This document shows, in pieces, positions 53,101-61,292 of a stretch of 64,000 bases of DNA. The notes below the pieces were generated by a model. The model made no database searches. It was not told the origin of the DNA and worked only from the letters and a program-made list of their open reading frames with translations. The stretch comes from an uncultured virus (IMG/VR IMGVR_UViG_3300037524_001600) (Duplodnaviria > Heunggongvirae > Uroviricota > Caudoviricetes), in IMG/VR virus record IMGVR_UViG_3300037524_001600; one strand, given 5' to 3'. Position 1 is the stretch's first letter; every line of letters begins with the position of its first letter. The translations under genes and the position numbers were made by a program.

Positions 53101-56100
53101 ACCCTTAGTGACTTTAAAGAAGTCTTTGATTGTCTTCCCAAATAGGAAGGCCCCAAAAATTCCTAATGGTCCCGACAGTCCGGTGTACTTGTCTAGTACC
53201 TGGAATATGGACTGGAAGACCTTACCGACACTCAGTGGCAGATTCTCCAGCAACCCTCTGCCTAGACCGGAGAAGAATGCCCCCAATGCATTTATAATCT
53301 CCGGGAGTTCCGTGCCTATATTGGAGATCACCAGAGCCACGAATTTCCCAGCCTTCTTGGCGGCCACCTCCAGAAGGCTCTCGCCGAACAGGGCCAGTCC
53401 TAGTCGCTCCCCGATAACCGCCAGGTGCGGAAGCATGGCCCCTCCGAGGGCGGCGCTAAGTGACGCCCTTATCAACCCAGGTTCGAACAAGCTGTTAACG
53501 AGAACCAAACCGGCACCCTGCAAAGACACCTGCAGTAGTGATGGAAAGGTCTCGAACACCTTCTGTGCCACAGCCCTGATTTTCTGGAAGACGTCTACAA
53601 CGGCCTTCACGACGGGCTGCGTCTGCACCAGCTCTCCCACGTCCACCCGACGCACATCCTTCAGACCTATAACATCAAGACTGAGTCTGCCGCTTTTGGC
53701 CTTCCTATAGATCTCCGCGAATACGTCGGACACACCGGTCTTGAATCTCATGAAATCGGGCGCGACACTGTTCCACAGGCTCTTGGAGTCGGATTTGACA
53801 CTGTCGATAGTGTCGGTCCACCAGGAACCTCCGATCACGTCCTCGTAGATATCCTCGAAATACCCTATCACTCTCTCGGCAAACCGCTCCACGTAGTCGG
53901 CCGCGGAGGCAAGTTTCTCCCTGGCCAGTTTCTCCATATCAGGGAAGAACTTGTGTAGAAAATACATTCCGGCGAATGCCGCAGGTATCAGGGTGCCGAA
54001 CACCAAGACCGCCATTGACAGCTGTCCTAAAAGACCCAGAGCAGACTTCAGGCCAACTTGCAGTGGCAGCAGGGCCAGTGCGAACAGCCTTCCCGTCTTC
54101 GGAAGGTCCCTCAAACCGGCCTTAAGTTGCCTGAACATCCCGCCCAGCAGTCCGGATGCGGCGAAAAGCGGTATAAACACCTTGGAGGCGTCTCTTACCA
54201 CACTTCCGAAGTCCCTGAAGTATTCCTCCACGTCCTCTACACCGCTCTTGATCCCCTCCACAGTGTCCGTCCACCAGGAGTGCCCTATCACCTCGTCGTA
54301 GAGATCCCGGAAGTATCCGATGAAGTCCCGAGTGAATCTGCGGACAGAGCGAGAGATCCCGCTGAAATCGAAGTCGAGCAGGGACGACTCTTTCAGCAGT
54401 CCCAGAGAGCGCAACACACGCTTGGTGCCCGCGTTTATCGTGTCGACGAACGTGTCGAAGAAGGTCCTGTTCGCCTTCATCGTGAAACCGAGTGTGAAGG
54501 CCAAATCCAGGAATTGACCTTTCATGTCCTTCAGCAGCCAGGCGGCCGCCGTGAGGATCTCGGCACTACCGAAAGCCTCCTCCAGGATCAGTTTGAGTCT
54601 GTTGAGCATGGTCTCTATGATCGCCAGTGTGGCGTTAACCAGCTGCAGCAGCAATCCCGGGAGTTTGAACACTACCTTATAGGTGGTCAAGATCAGCGCG
54701 GCCAGCGCGGGACCGAATATCTCGGTGAACAGACGGCCTATTTCATACAGCCGTACCCCGGTGTCCGTGAGACCCTGGAGTATATTATTTATGGAACCGT
54801 AGATCGGCGACAGTAGACCGGTCTTGACGGCCACCAGTGTGTCAGGAATGAGACCGAAGTACCTCAACATCCTCCTCCAGACGATCCCGATGTCCCTGTC
54901 TAACGTGGCTATATTGACGCGTATCGCCCTGGAATCCTCTGACAGACCCTGTGTGAATCTGGAGAACACGGCCAGGAAGGCGTCTAGGTACTTCCTGCTG
55001 AATATGCGCTCGAAAGTCTGTCTGTCGAAACCGCCGGAGGCTATCCAATTCGCCGGTAGGAGACGCCTGAACGCACGCACGGCCTTCTCGGTGGTGGACT
55101 CGATGGTCCACAGGTAGGACAGGCGAAAGTTCCTGATGATCGTCAAGGCGCCGCCGAGGGAATCATCCAGAAGCCGTATGTACTCCCTGGTCTCGCCCCT
55201 TAGGGTGTTCGTAACGAAGAAGCCTGGTACGGCCAGTTTCACTTTCTCTCCCAGGGTCCCCAGGAAATCTAGAACGGGACCGCCGACAGATTTTATCGAG
55301 GCTATACCACCCACTACCTTAGTCCTAATCGAGCCCCCGAGGTCCTCCGCGGACTCGGCCGCCAGTCTCATCTTGACGGTCAGATCACCGACACCGGCCG
55401 ATATACCCCTGGTGAGACCCAGTCCCTTGTCCAGGTTGTACACGTACGTCCTGAACGCGGAGGACAGCGCCCCCTCCAGCTGCTGCAGTGTCGGAGTGAA
55501 CTTGGCAAACTCCGCCCCGAGTTTGTCCGCGTTGTTTATCAGCGATGTGAAGATGAAGTCGGACGTCAGTTTGCCCTGCTCGGCCACAGTCCGGAGCTGT
55601 CCCACACTGATATCCAGCTCCTCCGCCAGGAGCTGCGCGAACCTCGGCATCTGCTCCATCACGGACGCCAGCTCCTCCCCGCGGAGCGCGCCCGCCGAGA
55701 GCCCCTGCCCCAGCTGGATTATCGCCCTGGAGGCGGACTCCGCGCTGCCACCGGAAATGGCTATGCTTTGATTCAGGGCTTGTGTCGCCTGCATCAGACG
55801 GCGCTCGGATACCCCGGCTCTCGACAGCGCCGTGCTTAGCTTGTAGTAGACGTCTACCGTGTCCCCAACGGAGGTCCTTGTGTCTCGCGCTATTCCGGCC
55901 AGGCGCTTTTCCACGCGGCCCAGGTCCTCCAGGTCCTTCGTGATTAGCGACAGCCTGTTCTGGATGGAGGTGAACTCCTGATTCACACTCTTCAGCACCG
56001 CGTACGTTCCGCCCGCAATGAACGCCGAACCTATCGTCTTGCCCAAAGCCGCCAGCGCCGCCGCGGCCTTATTTGTGGACGTCTCGATGTTTTTGACGGA

Positions 56101-56172
56101 ATCGCTGACCTTATTGAGCTCGCGCGCAGAGTCGTGCGTTCTGGCGTTTACATCGATCAGGATACCGGACAT
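47173..56172 (-). CDS. Tape measure protein (2999 aa)
   Basis: N-terminal tape-measure domain (QLGQGLSAGALRGEEL); helical/TM-rich middle; C-terminal FASGG..GPGTPTSDSIPAMLSDGEFVVNA. Confidence 0.92.
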   Translation of the reverse strand: MSGILIDVNARTHDSARELNKVSDSVKNIETSTNKAAAALAALGKTIGSAFIAGGTYAVLKSVNQEFTSIQNRLSLITKDLEDLGRVEKRLAGIARDTRTSVGDTVDVYYKLSTALSRAGVSERRLMQATQALNQSIAISGGSAESASRAIIQLGQGLSAGALRGEELASVMEQMPRFAQLLAEELDISVGQLRTVAEQGKLTSDFIFTSLINNADKLGAEFAKFTPTLQQLEGALSSAFRTYVYNLDKGLGLTRGISAGVGDLTVKMRLAAESAEDLGGSIRTKVVGGIASIKSVGGPVLDFLGTLGEKVKLAVPGFFVTNTLRGETREYIRLLDDSLGGALTIIRNFRLSYLWTIESTTEKAVRAFRRLLPANWIASGGFDRQTFERIFSRKYLDAFLAVFSRFTQGLSEDSRAIRVNIATLDRDIGIVWRRMLRYFGLIPDTLVAVKTGLLSPIYGSINNILQGLTDTGVRLYEIGRLFTEIFGPALAALILTTYKVVFKLPGLLLQLVNATLAIIETMLNRLKLILEEAFGSAEILTAAAWLLKDMKGQFLDLAFTLGFTMKANRTFFDTFVDTINAGTKRVLRSLGLLKESSLLDFDFSGISRSVRRFTRDFIGYFRDLYDEVIGHSWWTDTVEGIKSGVEDVEEYFRDFGSVVRDASKVFIPLFAASGLLGGMFRQLKAGLRDLPKTGRLFALALLPLQVGLKSALGLLGQLSMAVLVFGTLIPAAFAGMYFLHKFFPDMEKLAREKLASAADYVERFAERVIGYFEDIYEDVIGGSWWTDTIDSVKSDSKSLWNSVAPDFMRFKTGVSDVFAEIYRKAKSGRLSLDVIGLKDVRRVDVGELVQTQPVVKAVVDVFQKIRAVAQKVFETFPSLLQVSLQGAGLVLVNSLFEPGLIRASLSAALGGAMLPHLAVIGERLGLALFGESLLEVAAKKAGKFVALVISNIGTELPEIINALGAFFSGLGRGLLENLPLSVGKVFQSIFQVLDKYTGLSGPLGIFGAFLFGKTIKDFFKVTKGAKGGVEGLFETLQKFMSSRGKNWGAIGEFLYGGPGPVRIVAGLTSIASALGAFDSVLSKAPFTKLMLDTASLFLLLTGNRGLDKITSLFAENVTLPLKNLLTDQAKKFLAGPSLAPLFDALFGGDPSQSVSTRAIKFGQAAIDVFIKKSIEAATSLGGTFGGKLMQLIFGPEWIKTLDMVGSRARGLWKNTFRGFKEAAKDVRSGFGRMLADMSFLFNRGVGTNLVSSVTSALDKINSRVTAMSARAGPHGLLGNLLLGKNAKWLLGGALLGGLALLSTAALAKGGQGSLGDRDILFEGFNERVSALRSQETATETWLRKTKWLFQDFLDYALYVFAAVEVAWSLATRRLFGFSRTLIAGLLAAVAFLRKAVPALLSTLAEKAAAVLAGKGILGGLLYSLAALRGTLAGAVAGLLASALGADAIWSTVAGVIVGALVQSISGEMVVALKDVLLKTIPSTFRLLGNAFKQLAEDIAARFALAMAGKGVLGSLARAFVSARGPLTGLVVGFMASVFGADEVWSVVAGVVASMLAQALPGAIFKGIFGALGRILLAIASFVFSFKALLLGGIGLVALLLFGKDNPIETLKDIWAWVGKITGLWKTAPKNPLGMSEAAYQANEQLSLGVGYDLSRVNLGKIGAEEKKQFEEKRKELEETILKAKKEDYFEGAVTEATRQEILNQNRAFNKFVEKLAQRGAKDFNEITQEISNGFRKLERVSLVQRFLSGQFEEKPLQRLYKRDIEVLRDLQSKARDSGNKDMVRFYQQEINRINAAFLNKSYSAEYRPLSSQESRIDELIKKARVVKTEDPEIIEEVTRALQRYQAVQTEINKQAVNWKGFYDPSKVDPQLLQTYDLYSSAAEAALNRLVEFDRRAREASAFAKDIAEIQNRLQQGGISLDTKELFVSGSPDLDRIREISREVERLSKRLKQVRSAEERNEILIKLAISRENIEKIAEDAKRILRSSLSNLELSFSAIGADFGKNTVAAVNRAGLAAETERIARDIATLNELQLEAVDKAVGKIREKNLVVQVPELNVWNSLDLQSAVTEGKLDDLIAAKSRELDRAVTGAFSGREGVSLGVRDIATRLGFTVPANILLRKTQAEIDALNGQIMELNDLTSKTKFGDATGPQIVRMEELRLSIQDALEPARTLSDMMSDLSSGGFSFTLEDMVKLGDGTLEDLRKLSTELYTVNKLMSRENSKNLSFDELRALAERQKKALRELRAEYEKTLNNTPSKVLNNAREVVGDSYRSMLRIGESDLRKLSELGASRQRTLSRTDDRGLTATVRDMARIERQFERAKTLVMSSVEDIAGLISNVFETQIPERALLEISPRLRGAMTAAAKYFDLVMKDIKASDVFTEDQMRSVFQRLDRISAGFRLQGILANYRADLERMTYEGARAGFERVSSVIKDLQLEFEDYVGLSAKQRAFFQKQAAAIKTIGDVFESGLLNVTDELESDPLGLARVKEMRALLADATMSPVEVLERLGPLFEDHFRRSLESLNESPEAKQIMAMENLTDAVKHLEDAFRGVSRGPAPAVGYIASPAAPGVPSETAGVDDATIQRSITARTEALRGAVASGVESVYDAFDAARLKLAKVGVSLDPEVLYASTDAQLALLSSYADEIDAKVRAIRFDKTLPEETRRLYATQAEALRFGLSDLVESLDSGRKNFLGAGRRFVEGIEGSIKQSFADLFRARKQDESIGIFRNFLNTVMDGVTNAIIDQFIDGFIQGIKETAGKGLVEAAGKEIFSAGAGLVKGVFGLFSGAGAPGGEAMGTGAAPGEAEGSVDQTGALAPILTAISGFFSTMVFGQTAQTATAQAQLAATTASTGLITSAIYSSTSMIVGAILSLQATTAVAGVFASGGPVSGPGTPTSDSIPAMLSDGEFVVNAAQTKRFLPLLTAINAGSIRGFSDGGMVTRRGEAVRPVQSGGSRASPVIVNLNITGDVSRQTRMEVMQMLPRIAEGVNVHNKEKGYKP

Positions 56173-56188
56173 CTGCTACTCCGATTTT

Positions 56189-56524
56189 TTACCCGCCGGG
56201 ACGATCGGCGGGCGTTTGTTTCTCGGTTACGATGGTTCCATTCGGCGACACTCCTGGTTGCAACAGAAGTGTTTTCTCTATGAAGTACGGGGGCGCCTGG
56301 CGCGATGTCCCTCTGTTGAGATCATCCACGTACTCCACGTCATTGCAGATGGCCCCGCCACTCGCATACCATCCGTCCCTGGCTCTCCCGGTGTCCACTG
56401 GGGTGGCGTCTCTGAGCTCAGACACGAGAGAGGCCGTCTTGCGCGACAGCTGCTCCGCCACCGCCCTGTCCGCGAAGGAGCGCAGTTCCAGAAGCGTCTT
56501 CTTCACCCCTGTAATTTTGACCAT
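56189..56524 (-). CDS. HK97 gp10-like tail completion protein
   Basis: TPVDTGRARDGW, NDVEY..LN.GTS.QAP..F. Confidence 0.82.
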   Translation of the reverse strand: MVKITGVKKTLLELRSFADRAVAEQLSRKTASLVSELRDATPVDTGRARDGWYASGGAICNDVEYVDDLNRGTSRQAPPYFIEKTLLLQPGVSPNGTIVTEKQTPADRPGG

Positions 56525-56859
56525 ATGTCGAGCTTATCCCCTCCCGTTGCGGAAATCATCTTGGAAAACATGACGGAGGATCTGAAATTGCGCATGTCCA
56601 GCACCCCGGCCGCGGCCGGCGGGGACTCTCTCACGGCGGCCAGAGATGGGAATATCTCCTCCGGCCGCTGCTTAACGCCCTGGGCTTGCAGCAGACGCAT
56701 GGTGCGCTCGTCGTCGCGCCAGCCCACCGGGCGCCTCTCGAAATAGGCCATCCACCCCAGGAACTCGTCGTAGGGCATTCTCTCCATGAGCTCGTGCACG
56801 GTGATCCCCACATTGAAGGCCAGCTCGTACACGGCGAGTTCCTCCGAGGAGAGCATCAC
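56503..56859 (-). CDS. Tail assembly chaperone, second ORF (gpT-like), probably expressed by -1 frameshift
   Basis: MPYDEFLGWMAYF..RPVG; lies in the -1 frame at a GGGAAAG site. Confidence 0.75.
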   Translation of the reverse strand: MMLSSEELAVYELAFNVGITVHELMERMPYDEFLGWMAYFERRPVGWRDDERTMRLLQAQGVKQRPEEIFPSLAAVRESPPAAAGVLDMRNFRSSVMFSKMISATGGDKLDIWSKLQG

Positions 56860-57164
56860 TTTCCCTGGTCTTGGGCGATCCCGGAGTGCTTCATGATCTC
56901 GCTGGACAGCTTGGTCAGCTCGTCCAGAGGAAACGCCGAGAAGTCCTCATCGGACAGGTCCTTGGCGCCCTCAACGCTGGCCCGGATCACCGTCCGCAGC
57001 ACCTCCAGGCCCTTGTCCTCCCCGCCGCTCTCCATCTCCCTGACCCTGGCCTGCACATCCATCACCTCCGCCACGCTCATCTTGTGTATCTTCACGTCCT
57101 CGCCCATGAACTTCACCTGCTTGGACATCTTGCGCCCCACGAGACGCTTTAGATCGTCGGCCAT
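56856..57164 (-). CDS. Tail assembly chaperone (gpG-like)
   Basis: Between the tail tube and TMP; ends QGK* on GGGAAAG; AGGA SD. Confidence 0.8.
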   Translation of the reverse strand: MADDLKRLVGRKMSKQVKFMGEDVKIHKMSVAEVMDVQARVREMESGGEDKGLEVLRTVIRASVEGAKDLSDEDFSAFPLDELTKLSSEIMKHSGIAQDQGK

Positions 57165-57399
57165 ATCTGTATTCCTTTCCGCTCTGATTTTGGGAACCAT
57201 TTGATAAGCTCTTCCTCAATCCGTGCAACAGGGCCAGAGTCTCGAAGACCTCCCGGGACTTGTCCCTGTCATCGACGAATTCCGGCAGCCTCTCCATCGT
57301 CTTCTCGATGCTGAAATCCACACTACGTCTCATGTGATGCAAGGTGACACGCATCACGAAGTCGAGAGTGAAAGGCCTCTTGTACTGGAATTCGCCCAT
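56971..57399 (-). CDS. Hypothetical protein between tail tube and chaperone (only the first ~75 aa look protein-like)
   Basis: RPFTLDFVMRVTLHHMRRSVDFSIEKT...; the tail overlaps the chaperone out of frame. Confidence 0.5.
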   Translation of the reverse strand: MGEFQYKRPFTLDFVMRVTLHHMRRSVDFSIEKTMERLPEFVDDRDKSREVFETLALLHGLRKSLSNGSQNQSGKEYRYGRRSKASRGAQDVQAGEVHGRGREDTQDERGGGDGCAGQGQGDGERRGGQGPGGAADGDPGQR

Positions 57400-57407
57400 G
57401 GCATCTA

Positions 57408-57437
57408 TCGGGCGGGGGGAACGATGTCCCCCGCCCG
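57408..57437. other. GC-rich hairpin after the tail tube gene (no T tract)
   Basis: CGGGCGGGGG...CCCCCGCCCG inverted repeat. Confidence 0.45.
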
Positions 57438-57444
57438 CCCGGCA

Positions 57445-58029
57445 TTACGCCGCCGTGTACGCGCCGAAGAACGACGACTGCAGCGAGATCGTCAAAGTCG
57501 CCGTGTTGGCGTCAGTGAGCTGCGGGTTGACCAGCAGCGCCTCGATCTTGCCGACCCAGTAGTAGTACGTGTTCTCGTTCGCGGGGGTGCCGGCGGTGCC
57601 GCCCTTAGCCGTGCCGAGCCCCGCTACGGCCGATCCGTACGCCGCCGGCTCCGAGTTCAGCAGCGCGAAGCGGAACGCCTTCTGCTTGCCGTCGCCGACC
57701 ATCGAGCCCAGCACGGTACCACTGGCCCATGCGGACGGGATGTAGTTGATGGTGATTTCCATCGTGGGCGCGTCCGCCTGTCCCTGAATCTGCTGCGAGG
57801 TCTTCTGGCCGTACGTCGGGACGTTCACGATGTTCGGCGGGGTGCCCATCGCCGGGAACTCGCGGACGTTCTTGATGCGGCTGAACGTTCCCACGGCCGG
57901 CGTGTCCGTCTCCGTGACGAACAGCGCATCGAACTCGGCCTGAGTGTCGAGCCCCGTGAGCGACGTGGTGTGGTTGTGAACGGCGAGGTCCGAGAACATG
58001 CCCGCGCCGATCGAGGTGATGTGTGCCAT
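57445..58029 (-). CDS. Major tail (tube) protein
   Basis: VREFPAMGTPPNIVNVPTYG..QIQGQADAP; strong codon bias; position. Confidence 0.85.
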   Translation of the reverse strand: MAHITSIGAGMFSDLAVHNHTTSLTGLDTQAEFDALFVTETDTPAVGTFSRIKNVREFPAMGTPPNIVNVPTYGQKTSQQIQGQADAPTMEITINYIPSAWASGTVLGSMVGDGKQKAFRFALLNSEPAAYGSAVAGLGTAKGGTAGTPANENTYYYWVGKIEALLVNPQLTDANTATLTISLQSSFFGAYTAA

Positions 58030-58437
58030 CTAACTTGCTCCGTAGTGGTTGAATTGGACTGAGTACCGCGACCGGTGCAGCGCGGGGTTGTCCCTGTCCG
58101 CCCCCGAGTGGCCCAGCGCGCTATTTCCGAACTGGGTCACCCTCCCGGGCTGCGTGGACAGGCTCTTCCCCACGAGGAACTGGTCTAGCTTGTCGGCGAT
58201 TAGGCTGGCCCTGGACGGGCCCATGCCTGCCTCCGTGAATATGTCGACTATCATCAGGCCTGACGCGGACCGGAGATTTAGACCGGCGCCGGACGGCACG
58301 ATGGACACGCGGATGAACTCCGCCCCGGCATCGTCGGGGACAAAGTTGGACGGGTAGGTGTTTATCTTCTCGGCCTTCCAGGGCGCTCCGCCGAATACCG
58401 AGAACACATCGGACTCCAGCGTGGCGTACTTGGACAC
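58030..58437 (-). CDS. Tail terminator-like protein
   Basis: FIRVSIVP, GLMIVDIFTEAG.G, ADKLD; position before the tube gene. Confidence 0.65.
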   Translation of the reverse strand: MSKYATLESDVFSVFGGAPWKAEKINTYPSNFVPDDAGAEFIRVSIVPSGAGLNLRSASGLMIVDIFTEAGMGPSRASLIADKLDQFLVGKSLSTQPGRVTQFGNSALGHSGADRDNPALHRSRYSVQFNHYGAS

Positions 58438-58438
58438 C

Positions 58439-58792
58439 TCAGATCTCCCGGGTGACGTACGCCAGGGTGACGTAGCCGTCCGACTGAAGGACCGGGCCGA
58501 ACTTCCACGGGTTCCCGTCCAGGATCACCGTGTCGTACACGCCCAGATCGGCGTGGTCTTTTGTCTTCATGAGGATCTGTCGGCGGGCGGAATTGTGCTC
58601 CCGGGCCAGCTTTTCGTGCTCCGTGACGACCACCCGCGCCGGGACGGACGTGCTCCCGGACTTGCGCAGGGCCCCCTTGGAGAAGTCGAAGGACACCGTG
58701 TCCCTGGACACCAGCTCCGTGTCCACGGCCAGGTCCCCGAGCAGCCTGAAGGCCAGATCCAGGTTGCTGTTGATCAGCTGCCTGTAGCCCAT
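58439..58792 (-). CDS. Head-closure/head-tail joining protein
   Basis: MGYRQLI... coupled to the adaptor stop; position. Confidence 0.6.
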   Translation of the reverse strand: MGYRQLINSNLDLAFRLLGDLAVDTELVSRDTVSFDFSKGALRKSGSTSVPARVVVTEHEKLAREHNSARRQILMKTKDHADLGVYDTVILDGNPWKFGPVLQSDGYVTLAYVTREI

Positions 58793-59268
58793 CAGTTCGC
58801 CCTCCACCAGACGCGGGCGCCCGAGTTGACCAGAAGAGGCCTTATCAGGTTCTTCACGTCCGACGGGATGCGGCTGGCCTTCTGGATGAATTCCAGACGT
58901 ATCGAGCCCACCGACAAATTGCGGACCTCGCCGGACGACTCCAGGGCGGAGTCCTCGGACAGGTAGTGGCTGGCCAGCTCGAACGCGGCCTTGACCACCC
59001 TTCCGGGCACGCCGGCACCCATCTCCACCTCGGCCCCGACGAACGGGTCGAAGAACCACCCGTTCCTAGGGAACGCCATCTTCTGGTCCTGAGACACAGC
59101 CTCACCGGACCAGGACATGCCGTCGAGAATGGACGAGGCCGTCACGAGCGCCTGGGCCTTCTGCTCATCCGACGCCTCTCCCCAGGCGGCGGCGCCGAGT
59201 CGGTCCGCGAAGTACGCGTCGGCCTCGCGGACCGTGGCGTACGAGTTGGTTCCCTTCGACAGCGCCAC
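58792..59268 (-). CDS. Head-tail adaptor (DnaT-like annotated family)
   Basis: NSYATVREADAYF, ALVTAS, Q.MAFPR, VP..V.KAAFELA; follows the MCP. Confidence 0.8.
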   Translation of the reverse strand: MALSKGTNSYATVREADAYFADRLGAAAWGEASDEQKAQALVTASSILDGMSWSGEAVSQDQKMAFPRNGWFFDPFVGAEVEMGAGVPGRVVKAAFELASHYLSEDSALESSGEVRNLSVGSIRLEFIQKASRIPSDVKNLIRPLLVNSGARVWWRAN

Positions 59269-59277
59269 CGCCTTTCC

Positions 59278-60486
59278 TCAGCCGTGGAAGACCGGGAGGA
59301 TTCCCAGAGACAGCGCCGAGTTGGACTTGCGCACCCAGGTGCCGGTCGCGTTCGCGATCGTGGTGACGTCCGTGATGGCCTTGGCCGTGCCGCTCTCCAC
59401 CGCGTAGCCGTACTCGGCGTCCGAGGGGAACTTGTCGGCGCTGCCCGCCCAGTTGTACCCGGCCGGCGCGAGGATGTAGCCCCAGCGGTACCAGACCGTG
59501 GTCGTGCCGCCGCCCCTGTAGGCCCCGGCGTTGCGGTCGATCTCGACGGGCTCGGGCATCACCAGAGGCACCATCGCCAGCGCGCCGGGCAGCACGATGA
59601 ACGAGGTCTTCGTGCCGACGATGTCCACGCCCGCCCCGGTGTTCACCTTGGTCAGGTCGGCCGTGGCCATGCCCTGCGCGGCGCGGGTCTGCAGCAACCG
59701 GAACTTGCCCTGGAAGATCGTCGGGAAGTCGAGGTTGCCGTCGCGGACGCGGTCGCTGTCGACCAGGTTGGCCGAGCGCAGCGACGCGAGGACCTCGGGA
59801 CTAGTGACCAGATACGCCCACTCGGGCTCGTGGTCCTTGTACGCCTTCCCGAAGGCCTCCAGGAATCCCTCGGCGCGCTGGGCTCCGACGTAGGCCGCGT
59901 TGGCCGTGGTGCCGTCCGCCTGGTACCCCACCTTGTTGATGAGGCGGGACGCGCCCATGTCCACGTAGAAGCCGTACTTCTTGTCCGTGGGATCGTTGGT
60001 GAAGGTCTGACCGCCCAGACCGGTTCCGCCGCCGGCCGACGCTGCGCCGTTCAGCGCCTCCGCCAGCGCGACACCCTTCAGCACCGCCAGGATCGCGTTG
60101 TGCTCGTCCTGGGTGCGGTGCTCCACGAAGTCCCGGGAGATCTTCGCCAGCCCGTCCTTCTGCGTCACCAGCTGCTGCAGATTGACCTTCGTGCCGCCAT
60201 AGGTGCGGGCGGTCTTGACGTACGTCAGGTAGTCCGAGGCGTACGTTGAGGTCGTTCCCGCGGTGCTGTCCGTCAAGGACGCGACGTTGATCGTCGGGTT
60301 CATCGGCTTGAACCAGCGGAGCTGACCGACGTAGGTCTCGGTGTCGCGGTTCACGTTCGGGTTGTCGCTGACGATGCCTGTGCCCGAGAGCTTCTTGGCA
60401 TTCGTGTATGCTTCATCGGTGTAAGCGCCGATCGCCTCCTGGAGGACGAAATTCGTGGCGCCGCCGACGTCGGTGCGAGCGGTCAT
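59278..60486 (-). CDS. Major capsid protein
   Basis: 402 aa with strong codon bias; AAAGGA SD; between scaffold and adaptor; WYRWGY..PAGY.W motif. Confidence 0.85.
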   Translation of the reverse strand: MTARTDVGGATNFVLQEAIGAYTDEAYTNAKKLSGTGIVSDNPNVNRDTETYVGQLRWFKPMNPTINVASLTDSTAGTTSTYASDYLTYVKTARTYGGTKVNLQQLVTQKDGLAKISRDFVEHRTQDEHNAILAVLKGVALAEALNGAASAGGGTGLGGQTFTNDPTDKKYGFYVDMGASRLINKVGYQADGTTANAAYVGAQRAEGFLEAFGKAYKDHEPEWAYLVTSPEVLASLRSANLVDSDRVRDGNLDFPTIFQGKFRLLQTRAAQGMATADLTKVNTGAGVDIVGTKTSFIVLPGALAMVPLVMPEPVEIDRNAGAYRGGGTTTVWYRWGYILAPAGYNWAGSADKFPSDAEYGYAVESGTAKAITDVTTIANATGTWVRKSNSALSLGILPVFHG

Positions 60487-60509
60487 TCTGGTGTTTCCTT
60501 TAGGTTAGG

Positions 60510-61175
60510 TCATGTGGGCGCACGCCTTAGCTGCCCGGCGGCGGCGCGTCGTAGTACTTCGTCCTGCGGTAGAGCGAATAGCGAAGAGCTGGATCCGGAC
60601 GTATCGGGCGGCAAAGAGTCCCCGGCCGAGCCCGTTCCGGTAGATGTTTTGGATTTGAACAGAAAGGAGTTGTTCTCGTCCTCGGCGAAAGTCTTGATGA
60701 AGTCAGGCACGCTGACGCCGGATTTGTGCACCCACTCGCCCTGCTCGTTCTTGACGAGTAATGCCGTTATCTCCTTGAAGGCCATGTCGAACGACCTCGC
60801 GTTTCTGAAGGGCAGAGCCTGCATCGCGCCCTTCACGGTGATGTCCCGCGTAAGCTCGATGTTCCTCTGCTCCAGCTCCTGCCTTGCCGCGCGCTCGGCC
60901 GCCAGCTCCTGCTCGAAGGCCTCGCGATGCTTCCCCTCATCTTTCAGCCGCTGGACCTCGGCCGCGCGCAGATCCGCCTCGTACTTGGCCAGCTTCTTGA
61001 TGGCCTCGTCCCGGGCTGCGTACGCCTTGTCCAGATTCGCCTTTATCGGCGCCAGCTGCGCTTCCACGAGTTTCTGGAGGCGATCCTGCGAAGGGTCGCC
61101 TCCGGTATTCTCGCTCGAGCTCTCAGCGGACGATTCCGCCGCCGATTCTTCCGGTTTGCTCTCTGTATCGCTCAT
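60510..61175 (-). CDS. Capsid scaffold protein
   Basis: Acidic N-terminus, coiled coil, FLFK..S.G.G C-terminal motif; directly before the MCP. Confidence 0.78.
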   Translation of the reverse strand: MSDTESKPEESAAESSAESSSENTGGDPSQDRLQKLVEAQLAPIKANLDKAYAARDEAIKKLAKYEADLRAAEVQRLKDEGKHREAFEQELAAERAARQELEQRNIELTRDITVKGAMQALPFRNARSFDMAFKEITALLVKNEQGEWVHKSGVSVPDFIKTFAEDENNSFLFKSKTSTGTGSAGDSLPPDTSGSSSSLFALPQDEVLRRAAAGQLRRAPT

Positions 61176-61270
61176 CTGTATTCCTCTGAGTACAACTCGA
61201 TGTGACCGACGGCACAGCCGCGGCCGGCTTGTTTCCAAGGCACAGTCTGTTTTTGTGCAGACTCTCGCCT

Positions 61271-61290
61271 GGGTTAATTCAACGGGGTGC
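61271..61290 (-). promoter_or_regulatory. Class II putative phage promoter
   Basis: Minus strand GCACCCCGTTGAATTAACCC upstream of scaffold/MCP. Confidence 0.65.
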
Positions 61291-61292
61291 GA

